A stretch of DNA of 61,540 nt, filler included, from Sphacelaria rigidula (lineage: Eukaryota): NCBI GenBank assembly GCA_964200075.2. It is 4 parts of 4 records of this genome, joined end to end, with 100 filler letters (N's around TTAATTAATTAA, not from the genome) between each part and the next. Parts side by side here need not be neighbours in the genome. Positions count along the whole stretch, not along the records: positions 15,412 to 30,722 come from CAXNAA020001801.1; positions 30,823 to 46,131 come from CAXNAA020001802.1; 2 more parts are not named here. One strand, written 5' to 3'. The notes beneath the pieces were generated by a model. It was not told the origin of the DNA. It did no database searches and saw only the letters and a program-made list of their open reading frames with translations. Shown piece by piece: positions 27,201-38,327 of this stretch. Position 1 is the stretch's first letter. Each line of letters starts with the position of its first letter. The position numbers were made by a program, and so were the translations under genes.

Positions 27201-28458
27201 ACGCGATGCAGTCCCCATGGTTCAGCAGCCGGTCCCAACTTATTATGCAAAAGCCAGAAGTTGTCGGGCCAGGTACGTCTTGTTTTCACCCTTGATATAA
27301 ACCCGAGTCCCCCTTATTTGCGTGTTTGGATCAATTTGAGTGACATCATTTTTATGTAGTCCGAAGTGCGGTCGATTTTTTTCCCTCGATCTGATAGGTC
27401 CACCACAATTCCTTTTCTTGGAAGGCTCCAACTCAAATTTGTCATCAGTGGCGCGCAGACAAAAACTACAAAACAAATAAGCTAAGCCTTTTCGATCGAA
27501 AACATGCGGTCGAAAGGCACGAAGCGGCACTTGACTCCTATTTTGCAGATCATCGCGCCAGATAACACCCATTCACAGACCCATGCCCACTCCATCCCAC
27601 TCATTCTCAGCTACCATCCCGGCCCCGCAGCATCGAGTCCGAGTTGAGCACAGGGATAGATACGCTGCAGTAGTTGGGTATGCTTTTGTTTATTTGTTGT
27701 TGGCAAAAACTTGCGCATCTTCTTTCATGGTAGGATCAGCGACGGAAATGCGTGGTACGGCGGCAACCGAGTTGCGTACACGCTCATGGACAGTGCAGGC
27801 AGTATAAAGCTGCACGTTGCTGAAGTCATTTTCACGTCGCATTGTAGGCAGAGGGAAGTGATAGTCCTGGGCTGTCTGCACTGCACGTTGCCCGCTTCTC
27901 TTGAAAATCTTACTGTACGAAAGATGCACACACGCACTCCAGACACAATGCTTGCAAGCAGTGCAGACTGTCGGTACTGTACACGAGTGCCCATGTACCG
28001 TTTCACGAATTTTACGGTATTTTTTCGATCGAAAGCTTGAAAATTCCATTGGACCCAATTCGACAAAAATATGCGATTTTCGCTCAAATCAATTCCACGC
28101 CACATTTTTTCAATATATATTTCTATATTTTTCGCCAAGATACGCCCTGAAACGCTTCTCCGCAATTATGGAAAATATTTTCACGGTCCGGACGAATTAT
28201 CCCCGGTTCGAATCCCCAAACCCACGATTTTTCTGCCCTGTTTGCTCAACAAGGAGAGAACAGTTTACCGGTGGTCAAAACGGTCTCCACGCAATTCTGG
28301 CGCCCTTCCACGGGCCTGGGCTCCGCGTACCTGGGTTGCAACGCTGAAAACAAAGCTTAAGGATTGATTCGTACTGTACGAATCAATGGCACTAAAATAA
28401 AGAAGTTTCCAGACCAATCATTGATTCGTCCGACCCGTGGACCATTTTGAATTCGGTA

Positions 28459-28855
28459 CAGAGGGTAAGGCAGGCACCCGGTACTGGCATTTTGGATATC
28501 TCATACCCTACCGATACCGACCCAATCGGGTATTTTCAAATGTCATACCCACGATACCATGGTATTTCGAGATACCAATACCTACCGTACCTGCCCAATC
28601 GGGTATTTTCAAAACTCATACCCACGATACCTACGATACCACAGTATTCCGAGATACCAATACCTACCGTACCCGCTCAATCAGGTATTTTCAAAACTCA
28701 TACCTACGATACCACGGTATTTCGAGATATCAATACCTACCGTACCCGCTGTACCAGGTATTTTCAAAACTCGTAACTACGATGCCCACGCAAACCACGG
28801 TATGGGATACCCCGGTAAATATCGGGGGTACGCTCGGTACGGTACCTCACCTACG
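28459..28855 (+). repeat. Same element family, copy 2
   Basis: GGTAAGGCAGGCACCCGGTAC start and the same internal units as 26796-27200. Confidence 0.8.
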
Positions 28856-30654
28856 ATTCCTGTGCAAATTTGTACCCTTTTCGGGGTGCGGTTTTGCGGT
28901 AGCATTCCGTTCCCCACCCGTCGTCCAGGCTGTGCGGCAGAGTGACAGTACGTTCAGTCAAATGTTTTGTGTATTCCGTGCCCTGCCAGAAGTGAACATC
29001 AATAGCAAGAGCAACGTCAGTGAGCTCGGGTTCGTTTTCTTGAAATACCAAGGCCATATCTCTGTTACCTGAGGAGTTGAGTTGCGCGGTGAAATTCGAA
29101 ATTCTCGACCGAGACCAAATTGATTAGATTCTCTGTCGTTTGAAGGGTGTAATCAACATTCGCTTTTGTTTGCGGTATTTGCTGCGTCGCTCGTCTCTCT
29201 GTCTCTCTGTCTGTATATATATATGTACATGTATCATTTCACATTTTTCACCACTTGTGCCGAGTTCTCTCTGGCGGCGAGGCATTTTCCCGAGATTTAT
29301 TTTGCAGTGCACCGGAAAAGCTCAGCGGTACATTACCGTTCAGGTTTGGGTGTCATCTAAATAGCTGTGGCGCTTGTTCTGGCCACCGGAAGTCGCTCAA
29401 ACTAGCCCTTTTTTGCGGGGTGTCGATTCCCAACCACAAGAATCTGCACAGAAGCCTGCACGAAAGCCTGCGGAAGATCATGGAAAACTTGGAACATAGC
29501 TCTTTTTGGCAGGGTATTTGGGTCCCCGTGTTTCTCTTTGTCGCGTTCCCGTTCATTTGGGAGAACAAACACACCGGTCATGCCGCCAATGTCACGAGAA
29601 CATTGAAGCAAAGCAGTTGAGAACAATTGAATATTACCTTGGCCTTGGTCAGCAGCAAACACGAGACCGTGCAATGTGCCGTTGGCGAGTTGAAGAAGGC
29701 ACAGCAGCATGGCAGCGTAGGAATGTTTTGCCGCAAAAAAGCCATCACCCTGTTTAAAAAAAAGACCCGGTGATGTGGAAGCCGCAGTGATGTGCAATCG
29801 TTTCAGACAAAAATCACCACTCTGCGGAAGATATGGCTACGCTAGCTAGGCGACATTATCTGGCAACACCACAAACTTCCACTTCGGTCATACTATACCA
29901 GTGTTTTCTCTCAGGCGGGGCTCGAAAAATTCAGTATCTTACAAGCGCGGGTAGTAGCACCCAAAGCACGTAGTACGTAAAGTTGTAGCAGGAAAGGCCC
30001 AGTAAAAAGTTCGGCCGGTTAAAAAAAAACGCAACTCCGTGTGCACAAAAAAAGCGAAGCACTGAAAGAACATATTCACAAGCTTCCCAAGTGAGGAAGA
30101 ACATGCCAGGAATGTTCCACGCATTCCAACAGCCAGCCAAAGCGCCTCTTTTGGCCAGAGAAATGCAAACTCTCATGTGCAGAGAAGAAGCGAGATATCG
30201 TAGAGTAGCGGGATCTGCGGTTTGTGGAACAGGTACGAATGTGAACAACCGAGGTTAGTGTGAAGTCAATCGTAGACCGGTTGATTCAAACAAACAAGTC
30301 AGTCACGCAGGTCGCGATTTTAAGCTAGGGGCAACGGGGGAAGACGGGCGGCAGCTTAAATCGAATCCTTTCTTTCTTTTTCCCATCCACCCACCCTGGG
30401 TATGTCTGTGCTTCTGCTTGGGTATGTTGGTATGTTTGGATCACATCGTGTATTCACGACCGGGGTAAATAAAAGATTGATACCGTAGTTGGACCGGGAG
30501 AGACAGGCTGCGGGTGTTGCGTACAACACGATTCTAGAGTAGATTACAAGAGGCGTATATAGGGATTGAAGTAGCAGACTTGAACCCATGCACAAATGTG
30601 CATGTCACGGTCTGCGGTGGATTTGCATTGCGTCGCATTTGAATCCATATAGTA

Positions 30655-30722
30655 ACCGGTCGCTCCGGTGTCTCAGTTGATAACCTCGTAACCTTCTGAT
30701 GGTTGAGTAGGGGGGTTCGATT
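30655..30722 (+). mobile_element. 5' part of tRNA-derived SINE-like element, cut by contig end
   Basis: ACCGGTCGCTCCGGTGTCTCAGTTGATAACCTCGTAACCTTCT...GGTTCGATT, similar to 19339. Confidence 0.55.
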
Positions 30723-30822
30723 NNNNNNNNNNNNNNNNNNNNNNNNNNNNNNNNNNNNNNNNNNNNTTAATTAATTAANNNNNNNNNNNNNNNNNNNNNN
30801 NNNNNNNNNNNNNNNNNNNNNN
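30723..30822. other. Artificial contig linker
   Basis: N44-TTAATTAATTAA-N44. Confidence 0.97.
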
Positions 30823-30879
30823 TCCGTTTTTTTTTTTTTTTTGTGTTTTTTGGGGGCCCCCCCCCCCCCCCCTAACACG

Positions 30880-31536
30880 ATGTTTCAGGATTTTTTTTTT
30901 TTCACACATCTTCGCGTACTGGTTGTTGAGGAGCACGAGGTCAAAGGGTGAGAACTCGCGCAGATCCTCGACGAACTTCTTGAGGATCGGTGCGTGGTCT
31001 TCGAACCACTGCCTACACCTGGGAATGTCGTGGATGACGACGGGCTTGTCGGGCATGTTGACGTATTGGTAGACCAAGTGCGTATGCTCTAAATTCGCAA
31101 CCGCCATCTGCATTTGGACCTAATCTCGATACGCTTTCGGAACATTGGTGAAACTAGTCTTGAAGCAGGTCTTGATCTCCACGTTGATCCCTGTGTTTGT
31201 GCATGCATCAAGTGATGCCGCTAGGTAGTCTTCTGTCTCGTGAGGAACAATGGAGAGGTCGTGGTAGACGACGACGTCCGGGAACATCTCCCTGTAAATC
31301 TTCACGATGTTCTCCTCGTTTTCCATCCCAATCCGCGTGTACTCTGTGGAAAACCTGGAGGAGTTCGCCCCACATTTTTTCTTCATCATCAAGGTTTTGG
31401 CTCCCCTGCCTTGTGCGATGACGACCGAGACTTCGCTTGCCGTCACCCTCTTCGACCTGAAGGAATACCACTCCGGCGTCCGTTGCTCAATGTTGAAGCT
31501 TAGTATTCTTTCGACACTTGGATGGACGTTCACCAT
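30880..31536 (-). pseudogene. YqaJ-like (lambda-type) exonuclease/recombinase with nonsense codon
   Basis: EQRTPEWYSFR..VTASE, YLAASLDA, VEIKT, then YRD*VQMQM. TAG at 31120-31122 sits where Gln (CAG) is expected and the frame continues. 3' end lies in low-quality homopolymer sequence. Confidence 0.88.
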
Positions 31537-31642
31537 TTTGTAGTGCGTTAAGGGTTTAGTGAGTAAGTAGTGAAGGGGCACGGGGTTTTCATGTACTGAC
31601 AAGCGTGGTTTATTTTAAACGGTACTGATTAAAACTGATCAG

Positions 31643-32203
31643 ATGTTTGTTCCCGACAGGCCCGGCGTGATAATTCGTGCCCCGGAGCGCGAGAAGTCGA
31701 AGGAAGCCAAAATGGACTCGTCCCTAGGGTCAGGGATGTCGCAGGAGGTTGCCGACAGGGTGGCCGCTTCCGCTCGAGGCAAGCCCCGGTTCGTTGTGTA
31801 CACAAACACCGGAGTATGTCCCCACGGAGACGACCTCGTGGCAATCGCGAGTAAAAGAGGCCTTTTGTTCAACAAGATCGACGTGTCCCAGACGGTCCCA
31901 CCAGGCTGGCTACCCGGCACTCCGAGCGTGGTCCACGAAGGAGATGTCTACTGTGGCGACGCCGCCTTCTCGTTCGTGGAAGGATTTCCGTTGGATGCTG
32001 TAACGATGCCGTCCGAAGAAGTGGATAGAGTTGGTAACCCTGACCCTCAGTCAATCATCAAGGGCAAGGTAAAATGCGAGACCGCGGGATGTGGAATAAA
32101 GGCAGCGTTTGCTCCTCCGAAGGAGGTTGACGTGGACGAAAGCCAGTTTAACGTAAGCACCGAAGACATGATGCAAAAGCTCCTGGCTGGGAGGCGATCG
32201 TAA
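31643..32203 (+). CDS. Thioredoxin-fold-like viral protein (CPHG, no CxxC)
   Basis: VVYTNTGVCPHG...KIDV...PGWLPGTPSVV...YCGDAAFSFV follows the thioredoxin-like pattern. Start could be 31712. Confidence 0.6.
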   Translation: MFVPDRPGVIIRAPEREKSKEAKMDSSLGSGMSQEVADRVAASARGKPRFVVYTNTGVCPHGDDLVAIASKRGLLFNKIDVSQTVPPGWLPGTPSVVHEGDVYCGDAAFSFVEGFPLDAVTMPSEEVDRVGNPDPQSIIKGKVKCETAGCGIKAAFAPPKEVDVDESQFNVSTEDMMQKLLAGRRS

Positions 32204-32271
32204 ACATCTGCAGTGAGAAGGCTGCGCTTATTATATTGAAGGCAAGAAAAGAAGACAAACTCAGTCCTACG

Positions 32272-33423
32272 ATGGTATTGGTGTCAGGAGAATACCTGAG
32301 CGAGGGGGAAGAATGTACTCAGGTGCCAGAAGAAAATCCCCAGTCGAACAGACGGTTTGGCGCTGTTAAACAGTTTCGCATAAAGGGATTGGACGAAAGA
32401 CTGGACGACAAACTGGACGAAAATCTGGACGAAAGAAACTCTCCGGTAGACAATTATCAGCAAGTTGAGGCTGCAGAAGATTCATCGGACGAATCTGAAT
32501 CTGATTCATCCGCGTCCTCAGACTCCGACTCGGACTCCGACTCCTCGGACTCCGACTCAGACACGGACTCGGAGTCAGAAGAAGAGGGCGAAGAGAAGCC
32601 GTACGAAGAAGATGGCATGTTTGAGTACCCAGACGTTCTTGACGGTACATCGAAGATCGGTGACACCAAGCCAACAGCCTTTGACGAAGACCTTGGTGGA
32701 CAGACGATAGATTCCGCCTCCGTGGCCGCAGCTGGCGTCGTGGGCACTGCGATTATGGGAAGAAAGAGCACCGTTTTGGTTGGGATCGCTGTTGTGGGGG
32801 TTTTGTCGTATGTCATGTACTTGTTATATGCCAAGATTACCGAGCTGCGGAAGGAAATCTCGACGCTTGAGCGGCAACAAGACATGGGCCTCAACGACAA
32901 GGACGTGCAAGCGATTTCAACACAAATCTTGGAAGACTTCCTCCGCGAAGAAGATACTACTACTGTTGACAAGAAACCTCGGGCTGTGCTCACGGAAGCG
33001 AAACAAGAGGTTGTTACGCTGGATACCCTGGATACCCAGGATACCCAGGATACCCTGGATACTAGCATGCTCGACGACGACGCCGATGACTTAGGGTTGG
33101 GGGTAGTGAGTCTGTCAGAAGACTCTCACGAGGTTCGCAAGGGTTCTGCCGACGAGGTTCTGAAGGGTTCTGTGGACGTAGAAGCTCCTGGGGACGAGGT
33201 TCTCAAAAGTTCTGCCGACGAGGTCGTAAAGGCTCCTGGGGACGAGATTCTAGCTCCTGTGGACGAGGTTCTAGCTCCTGCGGACGAGGTTTCCAAGGGT
33301 TCTGCCGACGATGTCCCCAACGTTCCCGAGGTCGTAAAGGCTCCTGTGGACGAGGTTCCCGACGTTCCTAACGAGGTCGTAGAAGCTCCGAAAAGGAGAG
33401 GTAGGCCTAGGAAGAAAGACTAG
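32272..33423 (+). CDS. Acidic low-complexity membrane protein with C-terminal AT-hook/NLS-like motif
   Basis: SD/E-rich tract, one TM (VLVGIAVVGVLSYVMYLLY) then coiled coil, repeated APxDEV/SADEV units, terminal PKRRGRPRKK. Confidence 0.8.
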   Translation: MVLVSGEYLSEGEECTQVPEENPQSNRRFGAVKQFRIKGLDERLDDKLDENLDERNSPVDNYQQVEAAEDSSDESESDSSASSDSDSDSDSSDSDSDTDSESEEEGEEKPYEEDGMFEYPDVLDGTSKIGDTKPTAFDEDLGGQTIDSASVAAAGVVGTAIMGRKSTVLVGIAVVGVLSYVMYLLYAKITELRKEISTLERQQDMGLNDKDVQAISTQILEDFLREEDTTTVDKKPRAVLTEAKQEVVTLDTLDTQDTQDTLDTSMLDDDADDLGLGVVSLSEDSHEVRKGSADEVLKGSVDVEAPGDEVLKSSADEVVKAPGDEILAPVDEVLAPADEVSKGSADDVPNVPEVVKAPVDEVPDVPNEVVEAPKRRGRPRKKD

Positions 33424-33659
33424 TAATATTCAGTGAAGTGAGATGAATACCTCGCGACAAAGTCGCTGAAGTCCACGTAGGTACATTTATCGAGGATGGT
33501 TGTGTTTGTATGTCTTAGGTATGAGCGAAGGCTATCCCATAGTTCGGAGATTCTGGTCTCGTTTACGGATAACCACTCCTCTCGGCCGAGTAAACCGTTC
33601 TTGGACCTTGAGTAATTCTGAGAAGGAGGTTGCAGCTTGGGGATCTTGTTCGGAGACAT
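33420..33659 (-). CDS. Small hypothetical viral protein
   Basis: 79-aa ORF with ATG start and AT-rich upstream region; stop overlaps the stop of the convergent gene (CTAG). Confidence 0.65.
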   Translation of the reverse strand: MSPNKIPKLQPPSQNYSRSKNGLLGREEWLSVNETRISELWDSLRSYLRHTNTTILDKCTYVDFSDFVARYSSHFTEYY

Positions 33660-33742
33660 TTGGTTGACGGGTTTATTATTCGTATTGTTTGGTTAAACCT
33701 TGTATTACATTAAAATGGGTTGAAATTTCACGAGAGAACGTG

Positions 33743-34267
33743 TTAAGAGTTCTGCGAGATGAAGGAGCTAATCTCCGCGCTTGCCTTGGCCGCTAGCTCG
33801 GCGGCAGACAGGTCCTCCACGGGGGGAGGCGTGAAGAGACCAGAGGAGCTAGGTTCCGCGCTGGCGAGCTGATTCCTGAGTTCAGCGGCCGCGCTGGACA
33901 CGCGAGCGGAGAAGGAGTCCGACGGGGACATGTCGGCCGAGCTCAGATTGGCGGAGCTCAGATTGGCGGAGCTTTCCGGTAGGTTCATAGACGACCGGAG
34001 TGCGTTGGAAGCGTTGGCAACCCTGTTCTCGAACGAACTAGCGGCCCTCTTCTTGTTGACGAAGTTGTACACAATCATGAGGCAGAGCGCGACGGAGGTG
34101 CCCATGAGACCAAGCCTTATCTTCTTCTTCATGCTCAGGCTCTTGTCGTGTGCCACCTGGTCTGTGACGGTGGTCATGTCCATGAGGGCCTTGTACTTCA
34201 TGTCGACGTAGTAAAGACCGCCCAGGGACGCGGCGAGAGCAACGGGGACGAGCGGGATAGACGGCAT
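33743..34267 (-). CDS. Hypothetical protein with two TM segments and Ser/Ala-rich tail
   Basis: 174-aa ORF with two hydrophobic stretches and SSANL repeats. Confidence 0.75.
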   Translation of the reverse strand: MPSIPLVPVALAASLGGLYYVDMKYKALMDMTTVTDQVAHDKSLSMKKKIRLGLMGTSVALCLMIVYNFVNKKRAASSFENRVANASNALRSSMNLPESSANLSSANLSSADMSPSDSFSARVSSAAAELRNQLASAEPSSSGLFTPPPVEDLSAAELAAKASAEISSFISQNS

Positions 34268-34381
34268 CGCTGTTGGTAAATTTGTTTGTACTTGCCAAAC
34301 AAAATAAAAGGCGAAAGTCTGATAAATATGATTCGCGTCATGCTATTGAATAAATATGTTTGCGACAGATAGATACGCAGA

Positions 34382-34741
34382 ATGGAGGAGATGTCATTCG
34401 AGACGAGCCTGAAGACGTTTGTGGAGATCGACGACGAGCTTAAGACTGTCACTGAGGAGGCGAAAGTGCTGAGGAAAAACAAGGCGGCGTTGGAGGCGGC
34501 CATCAGTGCACACATGGTTCAGAACGACATCCCCGAGCACCGGTGTATGGATACGTCTAGGGTGAGGCTCTTCACGAAGAAATCCACCAAGAGCGCCTTC
34601 AACAAGGCCGGGGTCTACGAATGTGCTCAAGCCATGCTGGGCAGCGACAAGGCGGCCGCCCTCATTGCTATGATTGAGGACAAGAAGTACGTGACAGAGT
34701 CGACGGGACTGAAGCGCACTGGCGCACCTGGGGCAAAATAA
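34382..34741 (+). CDS. Conserved giant-virus coiled-coil protein (DUF5760-like)
   Basis: LKTFVEIDDELKTVTEEAKVLRKNKAALEAAISAHMVQNDI...KKSTKSAFNK pattern, recognised from memory of the family. Confidence 0.7.
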   Translation: MEEMSFETSLKTFVEIDDELKTVTEEAKVLRKNKAALEAAISAHMVQNDIPEHRCMDTSRVRLFTKKSTKSAFNKAGVYECAQAMLGSDKAAALIAMIEDKKYVTESTGLKRTGAPGAK

Positions 34742-34785
34742 TTTTAATATTTACACCTAGACGTGAAACAGTAGTCGGGAAGGTC

Positions 34786-35700
34786 ATGATTTACACCTAT
34801 ACGTGGAACCACATCCGCCTGTTCGCACAGATGTGTGACTGCGAGGACACAAAGAGCACCGTCACGGAGAACTGGGTGAAGATGCTGGAGTCCCAGCAAG
34901 AAACGATGTTCCCCTTCACTCTGTGGCCTCTCACGTATCGCACTAGCGCGGTCATCGCGTCGACTTCCCTCCTCAGCCCCTCCGTCTCGACCGTCTCCAG
35001 CAAGTCCAACAAGCGGGAAGGTGACGACGAGTGCCGCGTCATCCTCAAAATCTACCGATCGAACGACGTGATCATCATGTGCTTCCAGCACGTGGGCAGC
35101 CACGAGAGCGCTTGCCTGGAGCTTTGCAAGTTCAACAACACGGACGGCGTGAAAGAAGGACACGGCGTGCACTCCTCGGACAAGACACACTCCCTGGTTC
35201 CCTGCGGCCTGATGAACATGTACTTGCGCATCAAGAAGAAGGCCATGATAGAGTTGACCAAGTTCAGGACGCCGGTGGACAGCGGTGGGGTCTTTTCGTG
35301 CATCGTGTGCACGGGGTACGAGATGGGAGCCGTCCTCGCGACCTTTATGGCGTGTGACCTCGCAAACGAGTTCAAGTCAGAAGCAGAGTTCATGGGCCTG
35401 GATAAGCCGGCAATCACGGTGGACTGCGTCTGTTTCTCAATTCCGAAGATCGCCAACGACACCTACTGGGAAGAGTTCGATACTTTGGTGGACAAGCACG
35501 TCAGCATCAAACACAAGCAAGAGACCCCTGTGGACCACCCGAGACCGACGATTTTTGTTGGGAACAAGGACGTTCCGCTCCGCACCAAGAAGAGGCTGTT
35601 CATAACGAAGATGCGGCCAAGATACCTCCCGAAAGTCCCGAGCGTCCCTTGCCAGCGTTACGTAGAAGAAATCGACAAGTCACTGCGGGTTCTCGGGTGA
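34786..35700 (+). CDS. Class-3 lipase-like protein lacking the catalytic serine
   Basis: IVCTGYEMGAVLATFMACDL aligns with the TGHSLGGALA elbow; CVCFSIPKIAN aligns with YTFGxPRVGN. Confidence 0.7.
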   Translation: MIYTYTWNHIRLFAQMCDCEDTKSTVTENWVKMLESQQETMFPFTLWPLTYRTSAVIASTSLLSPSVSTVSSKSNKREGDDECRVILKIYRSNDVIIMCFQHVGSHESACLELCKFNNTDGVKEGHGVHSSDKTHSLVPCGLMNMYLRIKKKAMIELTKFRTPVDSGGVFSCIVCTGYEMGAVLATFMACDLANEFKSEAEFMGLDKPAITVDCVCFSIPKIANDTYWEEFDTLVDKHVSIKHKQETPVDHPRPTIFVGNKDVPLRTKKRLFITKMRPRYLPKVPSVPCQRYVEEIDKSLRVLG

Positions 35701-35767
35701 AGAATAATGTCACCAATAACTCCATTTTTAATGTTGGACACCAACTAATATTTACTCTAGCCCCACC

Positions 35768-37393
35768 ATGTCTTCGACCATCGCGGACCTTTCCTCCTAC
35801 GGTGATGTCAAGGGTCGCGACACGTACTCGCGCAACAGCTTCTTCTCCGTAAAGGGTGACGGAGCGGCTGCAAACACCATAACACAAGGGTTCTATGGCG
35901 TCCCGAGCACTACTGACACGGCGTACGAGCTCGCTCGAGTTTCGGTTTCGGAAGGGGCCGTCGACGACGAGATCGGGACGCTGACCATTGGCGTGCGAGA
36001 CGGTTCAGCCCTCAACGACGTCTTGGCGCTGAACAACACCAGCTCGGAGATCACGTCCACGACCTTCACGATGAACACGACAGACGTCTTCGCCACGGGG
36101 ACGATGAACGTCGGGACGATCCAACAGAACGATCTCGCGGAAGGGTCTCTCCTGGAGTTGGTGAGCGACGTGACGGACCCGGCCATCAACTTCGTCCTGG
36201 GAGACCTGGCGGGGGCTCCTTCGACGCCGCTGATCGTGACCGAGGGGGTGGTTGCCGTGACGGGGTCGCTGACGATCGATGGGACAGACATCTTGACCGC
36301 GGTGACGGACGGAAATCCTTGGACGAGCACCGGGACCGCGACGCAGCTCAAGACGGCCTACGACCTCGTCGAGATCAACGTCGTGAACGCGTACTCGACG
36401 TCCGTCGCACTGGACGTGAACGGTTCGTCGAGGTTCAGGGGCAACGAGATCTTCTTCTACGACCAACCCCTAGACACCTTCTACAGCACCCTCGCGTACG
36501 CCGAGGCAACTTCCCAGGTCCGGCTGCAGGCCTCTCGCGCGGGAGACTCGGTCGTCTTGGCGACGACGACGGGCGTGGACAACACGTACCTTCCCCGGCT
36601 CACGCTCGACGACGGGGCAGGGACGCAAAGCGCCACCTTCTCCAACGTGAACGTGGGGATCGGGGCGGCCCCGTCCGGGACGTACGCGCTCGAGGTTACG
36701 GGCAGCGCCAACGTCACGACGGGCGTGGTGTTCGGGGGAAACGTCGACCTGACGGGGAACAACCTGACGAACGTGAATGCTATCGAGAGCAGCGACGCCG
36801 CGGCAGAGCAGGCGAGGATTGTCCTGACGTCGGACGCCGCTTCCCCCCAGGTGGACGTGGTGCTGGGGGACTTGGCCGGTACCCCGACCACCGCGGCCAC
36901 CTTCACCGAGACGCTGACGACGATTTCGACGCCAACGACCTTCGGCGACAACGTGATCGTCACGGGTGACTTGACCGTAGAGGGAACTCAGGTCCTCTTC
37001 AACACAACCAGTGTCGAGGTGGAGGACGTGAGCATCGAGCTCGGGAACCTGGCGACGACGGAAACCGAGATTAACGGGGGTGGTTTCATCCTGGGTAGCG
37101 GGGTCACCGGCATCACGACGCCTTCCATCCTGTACTCGGAGCCCAACACTCGATGGGAGTCTTCAGTCAGCCTAAACGTGCCGACTGGGGAGACCTTGAG
37201 CGTCGGCGCCGCGACTGAGGTCACGGACGGAGAGGTGGCGCTGAACACCGACTCGGCGTTCATGTACTTGGGGGCCAACAAGCAGTGGAGGATCGGCATC
37301 ACGAGCGATGGAGACGGAGACCACTTCCAGATCGCTCACGACGACCTGGGGACCCAGACCACGTGGGAAGTGAAGATGGATGTTCTACAGTAA
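35768..37393 (+). CDS. Putative virion structural/fibre protein (T/V/D/G-rich beta repeats)
   Basis: 541 aa. GDLTVEGTQVLFNTTSVEVEDVSIELG and NVGIG..PSGTYALEVTG fibre-type motifs; internal repeat (NFVLGDLAGAPST / DVVLGDLAGTPTT). Confidence 0.75.
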   Translation: MSSTIADLSSYGDVKGRDTYSRNSFFSVKGDGAAANTITQGFYGVPSTTDTAYELARVSVSEGAVDDEIGTLTIGVRDGSALNDVLALNNTSSEITSTTFTMNTTDVFATGTMNVGTIQQNDLAEGSLLELVSDVTDPAINFVLGDLAGAPSTPLIVTEGVVAVTGSLTIDGTDILTAVTDGNPWTSTGTATQLKTAYDLVEINVVNAYSTSVALDVNGSSRFRGNEIFFYDQPLDTFYSTLAYAEATSQVRLQASRAGDSVVLATTTGVDNTYLPRLTLDDGAGTQSATFSNVNVGIGAAPSGTYALEVTGSANVTTGVVFGGNVDLTGNNLTNVNAIESSDAAAEQARIVLTSDAASPQVDVVLGDLAGTPTTAATFTETLTTISTPTTFGDNVIVTGDLTVEGTQVLFNTTSVEVEDVSIELGNLATTETEINGGGFILGSGVTGITTPSILYSEPNTRWESSVSLNVPTGETLSVGAATEVTDGEVALNTDSAFMYLGANKQWRIGITSDGDGDHFQIAHDDLGTQTTWEVKMDVLQ

Positions 37394-37501
37394 ATCAGCA
37401 ATAGTCAGCACTACACAACAATAGTCAGCAACCTATTCGTATCATACACGACTTTAATTATATAGCCAACATACACACACAAAACATAAACTACACAAAT
37501 C

Positions 37502-38327
37502 ATGCAATCTAGGAGGGGATCGAAGAGGGCCTCCGCAAGGAAGCCCATGAGTGTGGCTGAGGCAAGAGGCGGACAAGAGGCACAGGCAAGAGAACCTCTC
37601 TCGCAGAAACAAAACGTCTCATCACAAGCCACGCAGACTAACCCTATGCCTAGCAAAACCCTGAAGGAGATCATGATGGAATCGAAGATGCGCAACATGG
37701 CGCAGAGGGACTTGGCCGAGGGAGACAACCCAAAGCCTCTGTTCGACCTGCTCCAGAAGCCGGAGAAGCTGTCGGTGGACCGACTCGAGGGCATGCTGAA
37801 GACCAAGAGTGAACAGGGTCCGGCGGGCCCCCCGGGACACGTCGGTCCTCAGGGTCCAGAAGGCCGCCAAGGCCCGAAGGGTGACGTCGGTCCAGAAGGC
37901 CCCCCTGGGAAGCAGGGACCACCGGGTCTTCGAGGGTCGACAGGCCCGAAGGGTCCGCAAGGTCCCGCGGGATCGGCAGGTCCAATGGGGAAGCAGGGGC
38001 TTCCCGGTGCACGGGGCCCCGCAGGGATTGGGACCCAGGGACCCGCAGGACCTCCCGGAATCCCTGGACCCCCAGGGAAGGGCGCTTCGGGTGGCGCTCA
38101 GGGGCCCCGAGGACCGGAGGGACCCCCCGGGAAAAACGGCAAGGACGGCAAGGACGGCAAGCCGGGGGAAGGAAGGCAAGCCCGGGAAGCCCGGCAAGGA
38201 TGGGAAGGACGGAGAAAGCTTGCTGCCGGGGGCCACGAGTGTGACGTACTCCGGGGCGGGGAAGTGGAAGGTTGTCTCGGAGGACGGCACATACACGCTT
38301 TCGGGGAGGAAGTCCACCGCGAAGTAG
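37502..38327 (+). CDS. Collagen-like protein with +1 frameshift near the 3' end
   Basis: About 40 Gly-X-Y triplets. Removing one G from the G5 run at 38164-38168 restores [18 protein letters not shown]...GRKSTAK* (stop 38325-38327). Confidence 0.85.

Noticed and set aside
28437-29072. 211-aa repetitive ORF (and similar ORFs at 26877-27300)
   Set aside because: Translation of a tandem-unit interspersed repeat, open in several frames.
30823-30905. Poly-T/poly-C tracts at the viral contig edge (and poly-G at ~61456-61488) as termini or integration sites
   Set aside because: Typical low-quality contig ends.
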